Source: Candidatus Poribacteria bacterium (GTDB taxonomy: Bacteria; Poribacteria; WGA-4E; WGA-3G). Taken from it: a DNA stretch of 64,000 nucleotides. The DNA is taken from positions 32,001-96,000 of the forward strand of contig CAXXUA010000007.1 in the NCBI GenBank assembly GCA_963663765.2, read 5' to 3'. The first letter of the stretch is position 1. Each line of letters opens with the position of its first letter. Below, one piece after another: positions 29,623-39,881 of this stretch. The position numbers and the translations under genes were made by a program. Under the pieces are notes generated by a model. The model was given only the letters and a program-made list of their open reading frames with translations, was not told the origin of the DNA and ran no database searches.

Positions 29623-32600
29623 CTATTTCAAAATAACCATTTTACGCAGGAAAGACACACTGTCTGCCTGCAGTTGAAAAAAATAAATACCGTTCGCCAC
29701 GCGTTCACCGAGATTGTTCCGACCATCCCAATGAGCAGCACTGCTTTGGGTTATGTAGTATCCCGCCCGTTGATGCCCCAATTCCAACCGACGCACAATA
29801 ACGCCACGCGCATCGTAAATCGTAATCTGGACGTCGCTGGCATTTGCCAACTGATACGGTATCCACGTCTCCGGATTGAACGGGTTTGGATAGTTGGATA
29901 AGAGTGCAGTCGTATCAGGAGATGGCTGAGCAGACGGCGCAGCACCCTCTACATCGGTGACATTGATTGTAACGGAGATTTTATCATTTTTGGTCTTTAC
30001 ATCTATCACATAAACCGTTACACTGTAAGATGACTTCGTTTCATAATCTAAGTTTTCTTTGGTTTGCAGTTGCCCTGTTGTGCTGACAATACTGAATGAG
30101 GCTGCGTCCGTGCCACGCAGGTAATAGCTGAACGCATCCCCATCAGGATCTTTTGCACTAATCCTTCGATCAATGTTCTGACCAGGTTCAGTGTTCTCCG
30201 CTACAGAGCGAGTTGTGCTGTTACCATCTATGAACCAAGGATACCTATTTCCAATATAGCTTGCTATCGTAATTCCCGTATCCTTGTCTAATATTGTTGC
30301 GATCGAACCGAAATCGGTTATCGGATTTCCATGGAGCGTTAGATACTTCAGCATTGTGAAACCTTCCAAATATGATATATCACTAATATTGTTGTTGGCC
30401 AGATATAGAGACTTCAGTGCGGTCATATCATCAAGTGCGGATATACCGCTGATGCTGTTATTACTAAGGTTGAGGCTGGTCAGTGCGGTCATATCATCAA
30501 GTGCGGATATACCGCTGATGCTGTTATTACTAAGGTTGAGGCTGGTCAGTGCGGTCATATCATCAAGTGCGGATACATCACTGATGCTGTTATTACTAAG
30601 GTTGAGGCTGGTCAGTGCGGTCATATCATCAAGTGCGGATATATCACTGATACTGTTATGATCCAGAATTAGAAATCTTAGACCGGTTATATTTGTAAGA
30701 GAAGATATATCATTGATGCTGTTTTCACCAAGACTAAGCAATGTCAGTGCGGTCATATTTGTAAGAGGAGATATATTACTGATGCTGTTTTCATCAAGAC
30801 TAAGCGATGTCAGTGCGGTCATATTTGTAAGTGGAGATATATCACTGATATTGTTATTCGCTATTTCAAGAAATGTCAGTGCGGTCATATCATCAAGTGC
30901 GGATATATCACTGATTTTGTTGTTATTGCTAAGATTGAGGTGAGATAGTTTTGTTAGATCATCAAGTGCGGATATATCGCTGATTCTATTCCTATTAAGT
31001 TTGAGAAATGTTAGTTTTGTTAGATCATCAAGTGCGGATATATCAACAATCTTATTATTTGCTAAATCAAGGGACTGTAACTCTGTAAGATTTTCCAGCG
31101 GCGATATATCCATGATATTGATATGATAAAGACTTAGATTTGTGAGTTGTGTCAAATTTGCCAACGGTGAAATATCGGTCAAATTGTTGAATCTGAAAGA
31201 TAACCATTTCAGTGAAATAAGCCCATCAAAGTCTCCTGTTTTGAGTGATGTAATTCCTTTACTTTGAAGATCAAGGCTCGTAATTGCTGCGAGATGTTCT
31301 GGTGTCACATCTTCAGCAGAATCCACGCCTGCGGTGGTAACAATTTCATCGCGTATTTGCGGTGTGCGTTCACTTACCGGCGTAATTGTAATTTCGGTCA
31401 CATCTGTGACACTGATTGTGACAGTGATACTATCACTCCCGCCATTCTCATCGGAGACAGAAATGGTTACCGTATAAGAGGTTTTCGTTTCATAATCAAG
31501 TGCGGCATTCGTCTGTAGCTGCCCGTTCGTGTTGACGATGCTAAACGATGTCGCATCCGTACCACTGAGAGTATATGTAAGCGTATCGTTATCTGCATCG
31601 GTTGCAGCAACAGGGTCTCCGATGTTCTGTCCAGATTCCGTATTTTCCGCAACAGACCGAGTCGTACTATCGCCATCGGTGAACATCGGTGCACTATTGA
31701 CAACTTGTTGCTGTTGTGAACTGATACTACCTATGATGCTGATTGTAACAACGATAGAGTTGCTCCCGCCATTCCCATCGGAAACTGTAACCGTGACGAA
31801 GTAGGTATCCTGTTGTTCCGAATTCAGCGGTGCTTTTGTTTGTAGCTGTCCTGATGTGCTAACGATCTTAAACGCTGCTGCATCTGTCCCACCGAGACTA
31901 TAGGTGAGCGTATCGTCATCTGCATCTGTCGCAACTACCGGGTTGCCGATATCCATGTCTGCCTCTGTGTCCTCAGTGATAGAGCGAGTTGTGCTATCGC
32001 CATCAGTGAATTCAGGGGCACGGTTTTCGTCCACATCAGTGACACTAATAGTGACCTTGATACTATCTCTACCACCATTCCCATCAGACACTGTGATTGT
32101 CAAGGAATAAGATGTCTTGGTTTCATAATTTAGGGCTGATCTTGTTAGCAGCTGCCCGTTTGTAGTGTTAATGCTAAATGAGTCAGCATCCGTTCCACCG
32201 AGACTATAAGTAAGATCATCGTCATCTGCATCGGTTGCCCCAATCGCACTCCCGATATTCACGCCGGACCCCGTATTCTCCGCAACAGAGCGGGTTGTGC
32301 TATCGCCATCAGCGAACACTGGTGCGCGGTTCTCGTCTACATCTGTCACGTTGATTGTAATATCGATTTCGTCTGTGAGCGTTCCATCAGACACAGTGAT
32401 TGTGACAGAATAGGAGTCTTTTGTTTCGTAATCCAGAGCGGCTTTCGTTCGCAACTGTCCTGAGCTGCTATCAATGCCAAACGAGGCAGTATCCGTTCCA
32501 CCGAGACTATAAGTAAGATCATCGTCATCTGCATCGGTTGCCCCAATCGCACTACCGATATTCACGCCGGACCCCGTATTCTCCGCAACGGAACGCGTTG

Positions 32601-35600
32601 TGCTATCGCCATCTGTAAACACAGGTGCGCGGTTCTCGTCCACATCCGTTACATTGATTGTAATATCGATATCATCTGTGAGTGTTCCATCAGACACGGT
32701 GATTGTGACAGAATAGGAGTCTTTTATTTCATAATCCAGAGCGGCTTTCGTTCGCAGCTGCCCAGAGCTGCTATCAATCCTAAACGCGGCAGCATCGGTG
32801 CCACCGAGACTATAAGTGAGATCATCGTCATCTGCATCGGTTGCCCCAATCGCACTCCCGATATTCACACCGGACGCAGTATTCTCCTCAACTTCTCGCG
32901 TTGTGCTATCGCCATCTGTAAACACAGGTGCGCGGTTCTCGTCTACATCCGTGATGTTGATGGTAATGTCAATCGTATCCGCGAGTGTATTGTCAGAAAC
33001 CGTGATTTTTACTGAGTAAGAGGTCTTGGATTCATAATTTAATGCTGCTTTGGTTTGCAGCTGCCCACTTGTACTAACAATGTCAAATGACGATGCATCC
33101 GTCCCACCGAGTGAATATGTCAAGGTATCGCCATCGTCCGGGTCGGTTGCGGAAAGTACACCACCGATAGTCACACCTGCTGTCGTATTCTCTGCGATTG
33201 ACAGAGTCGTTTTGGCATCGGCTGCGATGACAGGTGCCTCATTCACATCAGCGACGTTAATCGTGACGGCGATGCTGTCTGTGCCATTGCCATCTGATAC
33301 GGTGACGGTGACCTTATAAGAGGATTTCGCCTCATGATTAAGCGCAGCACTTGTTTTCAACTGCCCGTTAGCACTGTCAATACTAAACGAAGCTGCATCT
33401 GTTCCGCTTAGCAGATACGCAAGCGTGTTTTTATCCACATCTGTAGCACCAATACGTGTGCCGATGTTGGAACCTGCATCAGTATTTTCAGCGACAGAAC
33501 GTGTTGTGCTTGTACCATCAGAGAATACTGGGGGGTTGTTAGAAGTCGATTCGTCTAAGTTCGTGACGCTGATTGTTATCGTGATTATATCTGTCAAACT
33601 ACCATCGGAAACAGAGATTGTCACCGAATAGGCTGTCATTTTTTCATAATCAAGGGTAGATTTTGTTTTCAACTGTCCAGTCTCACCATCAATACTGAAT
33701 GATGCTGCATCCGTTCCACCGAGGGTATATGTCAGGTCGTCCCCATCCGGATCGCTTGCAGAAACAGCACTTCCGATGTTTATGTCTGCAGCAACATTCT
33801 CAGCGATTGAGCGGGTTGTGCTATCGCCATCAGAAAACGCAGGGGCTTCGTTGACATCGGTGACGTTAATGGTAACAGAGATACTATCTGTGTCCGTGCC
33901 ATCTGAGGCAGTGACAGATACCGAGTAGGAGGATTTGCTCTCATAGTCCAACGTTGCGCTCGTTTTCAGTTGTCCTGAATTGCTATTAAAGCTAAAAGAA
34001 GACGCATCAGTGCCACTGAGACTATAAGCCAATTCATCATTGTCCGCATCAGTCGCAGCAAAAGCATCGCCGATGTTTACACCTGAGCTTGTATTCTCTG
34101 CTACAGTGAGGGTCGTGCTACTCCCTCCTGTAAACTCCGGTGAGGAGTTTGCAGGCGTTTCGTCTACATCGGAAACATTTATCGTGACGGTGATACTATC
34201 ACTACCACCGTTGCCATCAGAAACGGTGATTGCTACTGAATACAATGACTTTGTTTCATAGTCAAGGGACGCATCGGTTCGCAGTTGTCCTGTTGTGCTG
34301 TCAATGCTAAACGATCCTTTATCCGTGCCACCCAATGTATAAGTCAATGTATGTCCATCCGCATCGGTGGCAGAAACTGCAGCTCCGATGTCCACACCGG
34401 TACCGGTGTTCTCCGTTACGGAGCGGGTGGTGTTTTCACCTTCGGTGAACTCTGGCGCGTTGTTCGTGGGACTTTCATCTACATCTGTAACGTTAATCGT
34501 CACGTTAATTGTGTCTGTCAGACTGCCATCTGAGACAGTTATCATCACCGAGTATGAGTTTTTAGTTTCATAATCAAGTAACGCTTTTGTTTTCAGCTGT
34601 CCCGTTGCGGTATCAATGGTAAATGATGATGCATCTGCACCCCCAATGCTGTAGGTAAGCGGATCGTCATCCGTATCAGTTGCAGCAACCGGTTCACCAA
34701 TATTTTCTCCTGCAGCCCTATTCTCTGCGATAGACCGAGTTGTACTTGTGCTTTCTGTAAACACCGGCGCGCGGTTTTCATAACTCGTATGCCCTATGAA
34801 GGTGCGGATAGCATCGCTTGTGCTAACATCTATTACTGCAGCGGAAAACTCAGCGAAAATGGTATAGGCACCAGTCGCTGTCGCATAACTTTCTACTTTG
34901 ACGTAATACGTACCTGGTTCCACATCGTGTGCTATGCTGAAATTATAACCGGAATAATCGTCATTCGTTGCCACGGTGTTCCCATCACTATCTTCCAACG
35001 CACCCACAGTATTAAGAGCTCCTGTTGTCCAGACTGTCAGTTCACCTGCTGTCTCAACTTGGATGCTGAAGTAATCCACATCATCGCCAGGGGCTATATC
35101 TTCAGTGAGGGAGCCACTTATAGGCAGCGGTGTCGCATCTGCTCGCGTGTTGTTAGTTTCATCCGTTGCTGGCGGTGGCGGTTCGTCTGTTGAGGGAACA
35201 TCCCATAGGAGTATCGTCCCGTCCTCACTCGCACTTGCGATTATGGTGCCATCAGGACTAAAAGATACGCTTAAGACCGCACGCGTATGCCCTGATAGTG
35301 TTCGTATGTGTGTGCCTGTGTCTGCCTGCCACAAACGGATCGTGTTGTCATAACTCCCACTGGCGATTGTGCTACCATCAGGACTAAAAGATACGCTTAA
35401 GACCGCACGCGTATGCCCTGATAGTGTTCGTATGAGTGTGCCTGTGTCTGCCTGCCACAAACGGATCGTGTTGTCATAACTCCCACTTGCGATTATGGTG
35501 CCATCAGGACTAAAAGATACACTATAGACCCAATCCGTATGCCCTGATAGTGTTCGTATGAGTGTGCCTGTGTCTGCCTGCCACAAACGGATCGTGTTGT

Positions 35601-36162
35601 CATAACTCCCACTGGCGATTGTGCTACCATCAGGACTAAAAGATACGCTATAGACATTCCACGTATGCCCTGATAGTGTTCGTATGTGTCTGCCTGTGTC
35701 TGCCTGCCACAAACGGATCTCTTGCCTACTCCCACTTACGATTGTGCTACCATCAGGACTAAAAGATACGCTATAGACCAAACCCGTATGTCCTGAGAGT
35801 GTTCGTATGTGTGTGCCATCGGTTACATTCCACAAACGGATGGTGGTGTCATAACTCCCACTTGCGATTGTGCTACCATCAGGACTAAAAGACACGCTTC
35901 TGACCGCACGCGTATGCCCTGAGAGGAGGTCAAGTTCTTCACCTGTCTGTGCATCGTAGATCCAAACACCAGTGCTACCTGCTACTGCCAATTTGCTGCC
36001 ATTGGGAGAATAGGCAACATTCCCAATAATCTGTCCTTTCCTGAGACGTGCTTTTGCGCCTTCGCGTAGACTTATTGTTGTGTAGTCTTGGGCGGGGGTG
36101 TTGGAGGTAAAGGTTAGTGTTATAGTCAGTGTTATCAAGATTGAATATAATATGTTTTTCAT
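29623..36162 (-). CDS. Large surface protein: WD40 propeller, PPC-like domain, 11 cadherin repeats, LRR, cadherin, FlgD-like/T9SS-type C-terminus
   Basis: Signal peptide, 6 conserved WD repeats, DDVDYFSI PPC motif, NxAPxF...LDYE cadherin units, internalin-type 22-aa LRRs, NYPNPFNPETWIPY C-terminal domain. Confidence 0.93.
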   Translation of the reverse strand: MKNILYSILITLTITLTFTSNTPAQDYTTISLREGAKARLRKGQIIGNVAYSPNGSKLAVAGSTGVWIYDAQTGEELDLLSGHTRAVRSVSFSPDGSTIASGSYDTTIRLWNVTDGTHIRTLSGHTGLVYSVSFSPDGSTIVSGSRQEIRLWQADTGRHIRTLSGHTWNVYSVSFSPDGSTIASGSYDNTIRLWQADTGTLIRTLSGHTDWVYSVSFSPDGTIIASGSYDNTIRLWQADTGTLIRTLSGHTRAVLSVSFSPDGSTIASGSYDNTIRLWQADTGTHIRTLSGHTRAVLSVSFSPDGTIIASASEDGTILLWDVPSTDEPPPPATDETNNTRADATPLPISGSLTEDIAPGDDVDYFSIQVETAGELTVWTTGALNTVGALEDSDGNTVATNDDYSGYNFSIAHDVEPGTYYVKVESYATATGAYTIFAEFSAAVIDVSTSDAIRTFIGHTSYENRAPVFTESTSTTRSIAENRAAGENIGEPVAATDTDDDPLTYSIGGADASSFTIDTATGQLKTKALLDYETKNSYSVMITVSDGSLTDTINVTINVTDVDESPTNNAPEFTEGENTTRSVTENTGTGVDIGAAVSATDADGHTLTYTLGGTDKGSFSIDSTTGQLRTDASLDYETKSLYSVAITVSDGNGGSDSITVTINVSDVDETPANSSPEFTGGSSTTLTVAENTSSGVNIGDAFAATDADNDELAYSLSGTDASSFSFNSNSGQLKTSATLDYESKSSYSVSVTASDGTDTDSISVTINVTDVNEAPAFSDGDSTTRSIAENVAADINIGSAVSASDPDGDDLTYTLGGTDAASFSIDGETGQLKTKSTLDYEKMTAYSVTISVSDGSLTDIITITISVTNLDESTSNNPPVFSDGTSTTRSVAENTDAGSNIGTRIGATDVDKNTLAYLLSGTDAASFSIDSANGQLKTSAALNHEAKSSYKVTVTVSDGNGTDSIAVTINVADVNEAPVIAADAKTTLSIAENTTAGVTIGGVLSATDPDDGDTLTYSLGGTDASSFDIVSTSGQLQTKAALNYESKTSYSVKITVSDNTLADTIDITINITDVDENRAPVFTDGDSTTREVEENTASGVNIGSAIGATDADDDDLTYSLGGTDAAAFRIDSSSGQLRTKAALDYEIKDSYSVTITVSDGTLTDDIDITINVTDVDENRAPVFTDGDSTTRSVAENTGSGVNIGSAIGATDADDDDLTYSLGGTDTASFGIDSSSGQLRTKAALDYETKDSYSVTITVSDGTLTDEIDITINVTDVDENRAPVFADGDSTTRSVAENTGSGVNIGSAIGATDADDDDLTYSLGGTDADSFSINTTNGQLLTRSALNYETKTSYSLTITVSDGNGGRDSIKVTISVTDVDENRAPEFTDGDSTTRSITEDTEADMDIGNPVVATDADDDTLTYSLGGTDAAAFKIVSTSGQLQTKAPLNSEQQDTYFVTVTVSDGNGGSNSIVVTISIIGSISSQQQQVVNSAPMFTDGDSTTRSVAENTESGQNIGDPVAATDADNDTLTYTLSGTDATSFSIVNTNGQLQTNAALDYETKTSYTVTISVSDENGGSDSITVTISVTDVTEITITPVSERTPQIRDEIVTTAGVDSAEDVTPEHLAAITSLDLQSKGITSLKTGDFDGLISLKWLSFRFNNLTDISPLANLTQLTNLSLYHINIMDISPLENLTELQSLDLANNKIVDISALDDLTKLTFLKLNRNRISDISALDDLTKLSHLNLSNNNKISDISALDDMTALTFLEIANNNISDISPLTNMTALTSLSLDENSISNISPLTNMTALTLLSLGENSINDISSLTNITGLRFLILDHNSISDISALDDMTALTSLNLSNNSISDVSALDDMTALTSLNLSNNSISGISALDDMTALTSLNLSNNSISGISALDDMTALKSLYLANNNISDISYLEGFTMLKYLTLHGNPITDFGSIATILDKDTGITIASYIGNRYPWFIDGNSTTRSVAENTEPGQNIDRRISAKDPDGDAFSYYLRGTDAASFSIVSTTGQLQTKENLDYETKSSYSVTVYVIDVKTKNDKISVTINVTDVEGAAPSAQPSPDTTALLSNYPNPFNPETWIPYQLANASDVQITIYDARGVIVRRLELGHQRAGYYITQSSAAHWDGRNNLGERVANGIYFFQLQADSVSFLRKMVILK

Positions 36163-36185
36163 TATTATTCTCCTTATATTGACTG

Positions 36186-36410
36186 CTATTTCCGTATTTA
36201 CACCTTCCGTGTAGCAGACCTTCCCTGCTGTGAATGTGTAGAATTACACGCCACACGCCACAAGTTCTCCTTGTGCGTTTTTGCCACCCATATGGGCAGC
36301 ACGGCTACGCTGATGATGCATCTCTAAAAGTACTGTTAGGAAACCGCACCTATAGTTACTGAGTATGAGTTCTTAGTATCATAATCAAAGGACACTTTTG
36401 TTTTCAATTG
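36186..36410 (-). pseudogene. Collapsed relic of a cadherin + FlgD-like-tail gene
   Basis: QLKTKVSFDYDTKNSYSVT (36354-36410), then a REP half, then degraded RSRAAH...KNAQGELVA.GV.FYTFTAG tail. Confidence 0.65.
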
Positions 36411-36547
36411 GAGAAGATACGCCACTTATTGCCACTACGATTGCATCAGAACTTGCGAAGTGCGCTCACTGACTGATGCGACATCTGCATAACTGGTAAC
36501 ATGCACGCCAAGCATTACTACAATTCACAAATGATGTATTCTATTGA

Positions 36548-36582
36548 GATAGTGAGTATTCAAGAAATACTCACTATCTTTT
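36548..36582. terminator. Intrinsic terminator-like hairpin
   Basis: GATAGTGAGTATT-loop-AATACTCACTATC followed by a T run. Confidence 0.6.
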
Positions 36583-36840
36583 GGTAATGTCAAATATAAT
36601 AATTATATTTATATAATCCTAATAAGTCAAGTTATAATATCTATATATTTAAAATATATAATGATTAGTTATTACTCTATTGTCAGCGAATGTATCAATT
36701 CAGATATACAGTCCATCTAGCAGAGCATATCAAAGCGGTAAGTCTTCTATCTCATTGTAGCGGTGGTTCTCTATGCCAGCCGTTGTTGTATGTCTGACAT
36801 GGTGTGGCGTAGAGAACCGTTCTACACTGCGGTGTCTAAA

Positions 36841-37023
36841 GGGTGTGTAAAGTTTTTGTAGAAACACGGATATTAAAAGAAGTCTGTCCAGTTTCTATTA
36901 AAGTTTGCTTGATGTTAGGGAACTGTGGACATCGTAGGGGCGAGGTTTTCTCGCCCGCGTAAAGTTTCTGTTCGGGCGGGGAGACCCCGTCCCTACACAC
37001 AGTAACCAAAACTTTACACACCC
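36841..37023. mobile_element. MITE family B, short copy containing a REP doublet
   Basis: GGGTGTGTAAAGTTTT...AAAACTTTACACACCC ends; internal GTAGGGGCGAGG.../...CCCGTCCCTAC; no TSD seen. Confidence 0.7.
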
Positions 37024-37110
37024 AAGATATTTGTTCATCTTGCTTTTTTTGTACATTCATGCTAATGTATCTAAACTGAATCTTTAATTGGTCTTATTCT
37101 GAGGTTAGAA

Positions 37111-38838
37111 TTGAATTACAAACAAAAAGCACTGATATGTGTTCCATTCAGTTTAGTAATTTGTATTATTTTGATGTGGCAGTTTCCAAATGTAGCATCG
37201 GATGGTGGGGATGTTGTATGGCGGCAAAACGCTATACTTTCGTTGTTTTCTATTCTATTTGATTCGGATGTTGCATGGTGGTATAGCGTATTGCCACCAT
37301 TGATTGCTATCACATTAGCAGTAATTACAACGCGGTTGTTTCTTAGTCTTGGTGTTGCAGTTGGTGTTGGTGTTATACTTGCTTGGGGACAGCAAGGATT
37401 TTCGTTTAATTCTTTCTTCTCTGAGTTAATATGGTTTGCGCGTGCAGTCACCATTACTAATGATGGAATTGATCTGTTCAATTTATGGGTAATTCTGTTT
37501 GTCCTTTTCATGATGTCAATGATTACAGTTGTTATTGCCTCTGGTGGTATTGGGGGTGTCATATCTCTGTTATCTCACTTGGCAAAGGGAGCGCGTTCAA
37601 CGCAGTTCATCACTGCGATAATGGGTACGTTAATTTTCATTGGTGACTATAGCAATGCGATGCTGGTTGGTCCCACGATGCGACCCATCACTGACAAGTT
37701 CAAAGTAAGTCGAGAGAAGTTGGCATATATTGTGGATTCCACGAGTGCGCCTATCGCAGGACTTGCTTTTGTAAGCACATGGATCGGATATGAGGTTGGG
37801 TTATTTAATGACGTAGCTAAAACTATTGGATTAGATAGTGATGGTTATTCAATGTTCTTTGACGCGCTGCCGTTCCGTTTCTATTGCATATTGACGATAT
37901 TGTTCGTTATCATAAACACTATCAGTGGTCGTGATTATGGGATGATGCGGCGAGCACAGATGCGAGCAAGGGAAACGGGTAATGTTTTAGAACCTGATGC
38001 GAAAGTCATGGGAAATATTGCATCGGAGATACAAACAGGAAACATCAAAGCACAAATTCTTTCTGCAGTGATTCCTCTTACCCTTCTTTTTAGTCTGATT
38101 TTGGGTGGTTTATGGATAGATGGTAAGGGTTCAGGCTCAATTTTTTCACTGACATCTTGGCGTGATGCACTTTCAAATGCGAATAATGTAAAAATCCTTG
38201 CGACTGCTGCAATTACTTCATTTCTTGCTGCGATTATTTGTGCAAGATTGTTTTCTCAAATGACGTTTTCAGATATTTGGAAAGCAGTGAAGGAAGGTTT
38301 AACAGGAACGCTTTTACCGATTGCGATAATCCTTTGTGCATGGGGGATTAAAGCGAGTTGTGATAAACTGATGACCGGACAGTTTATCGCATCAATCATC
38401 AGTGATGTTGTTTCACCTTTGTGGTTTCCCGCACTTGTATTCGTAGTTGCTTCAATTACTTCATTTGCGACAGGAACGAGTTGGGGAACGATGGCGATTC
38501 TAATACCGACTGCAATACCGGTTGCTTTTGTACTTGATAATAACATGTATGGCCTCACGACAATTATTTGCTTGGGTGCAGTTCTGGACGGTGCAATTTT
38601 TGGAGACCACTGTTCACCTATATCAGACACAACCATTTTGAGTGCTATTGTCAGTAGTTGTGATCCGATGCATCATGTGCGGACGCAAATGCCGTACGCC
38701 CTCACTGTAGCTGTCATAGCATTAATCTGTGGTTATCTTCCCGCTGCCCTCGGATTGCCATCTTCTATCGGTATATTGATTGGAGTTAGCATCATAATAC
38801 TGTTGTTTTCTATCTTATCTCGATTACGACCAGATTGA
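37111..38838 (+). CDS. Na+/H+ antiporter NhaC family transporter
   Basis: SVLPPLIAI, SREKLAYIVDSTSAP, SFATGTSWGT, GAIFGDHCSPISDTT. Confidence 0.92.
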   Translation: MNYKQKALICVPFSLVICIILMWQFPNVASDGGDVVWRQNAILSLFSILFDSDVAWWYSVLPPLIAITLAVITTRLFLSLGVAVGVGVILAWGQQGFSFNSFFSELIWFARAVTITNDGIDLFNLWVILFVLFMMSMITVVIASGGIGGVISLLSHLAKGARSTQFITAIMGTLIFIGDYSNAMLVGPTMRPITDKFKVSREKLAYIVDSTSAPIAGLAFVSTWIGYEVGLFNDVAKTIGLDSDGYSMFFDALPFRFYCILTILFVIINTISGRDYGMMRRAQMRARETGNVLEPDAKVMGNIASEIQTGNIKAQILSAVIPLTLLFSLILGGLWIDGKGSGSIFSLTSWRDALSNANNVKILATAAITSFLAAIICARLFSQMTFSDIWKAVKEGLTGTLLPIAIILCAWGIKASCDKLMTGQFIASIISDVVSPLWFPALVFVVASITSFATGTSWGTMAILIPTAIPVAFVLDNNMYGLTTIICLGAVLDGAIFGDHCSPISDTTILSAIVSSCDPMHHVRTQMPYALTVAVIALICGYLPAALGLPSSIGILIGVSIIILLFSILSRLRPD

Positions 38839-38876
38839 TTGTTCCGAATTTGTTGTCCGAATAGTAGTAGGGCTAC

Positions 38877-39745
38877 TTAATTCACAGTAGCGAGAACGAC
38901 CCGTTTTATCCCCGCATAATCTTTGATGAACTGAAACTTCTTATATGCGGATTGTTCTTGAATCAATGCTGCAACCTGATCTGCTTGTGTGTCCCCGATT
39001 TCAAAGATGAGTTTTCCTTCTGGTAATAGATAGTGTGGTGTTTCGGCAATTAGATTGCGAATGATGGTTAACCCGTCTTTACCTGCAAACAGTGCGATAT
39101 TGGGTTCATGTTCGAGAATTTCTGCACTCAATTCATTTATTGTCCCGCTATTGACATAAGGCGGGTTGGCAACGATCCAATCAAAGCTTTTCTGTTTTAG
39201 TGTTTTAATTGGTTCAAATAGATCACCATGTAGAAGATGAATACGATCTTCGCAGCCATGATTATCTATGTTTTTTCTCGCCACCACTAATGCATCTTGA
39301 GAGATGTCAGTAGCGGTAATTTTCCATTCCGGTTTGTTTACTGCGATTGTTGTTGCAATAGCGCCACTTCCTGTTCCTATCTCCAACAAATTTTGCGATG
39401 TGTTCTCTTCAGACTTTAGAATAGTTTCTACGATGAATTCTGTTTCTGGTCTCGGAATAAGTACGCGTTCATCACGAAAAAATCAAGTGACATGAACTCT
39501 TTGTTGTTTGTAATATAACTGATAGGTGTCCGTACGATTCGTTTTTTGATTAGTTCTCGGAATACACTTAGGTCGTGTTGGAAAACAGGCATATCAAAAT
39601 GCAGATAGAGTTGCAGTCTGCTTTTTTTAAGAAGGTGTCCGAGTAACACCTCAGCATCTAAACGAGGATTGGGTATGTTATGCTTTTCAAAATAACCTGT
39701 TGTCCACTCAAGGAGTTCAAGCACATGCCAGATTTTAGTAGCCAT
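38877..39745 (-). pseudogene. prmC: Release factor glutamine methyltransferase, 1-bp frameshift
   Basis: N-part PRLDAEVLL...EFMSLDFF, other frame DERVLIPRPETE...LEIGTGSG...NPPY; break near 39472-39482; follows prfA. Confidence 0.85.
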
Positions 39746-39881
39746 ATATTGTTATACTATTTCCGTGAACTCTGTAAGAGAGAGAATTTGGTAGGATAAA
39801 TTTTGTGGATGGATTTAAAGCCATAAAACTATAAAGTAGGATTCTTGATTCATTGGCATATATCAATTATTTTTAATGTGA

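Noticed and set aside
27984-35353. Plus-strand and alternative-frame ORFs over the repeat genes
   Set aside because: Shadows of repetitive coding sequence.
27731-36162. Diversity-generating retroelement acting on the WD40 repeats
   Set aside because: No reverse transcriptase or separate template repeat is visible, and the variation does not look adenine-restricted.
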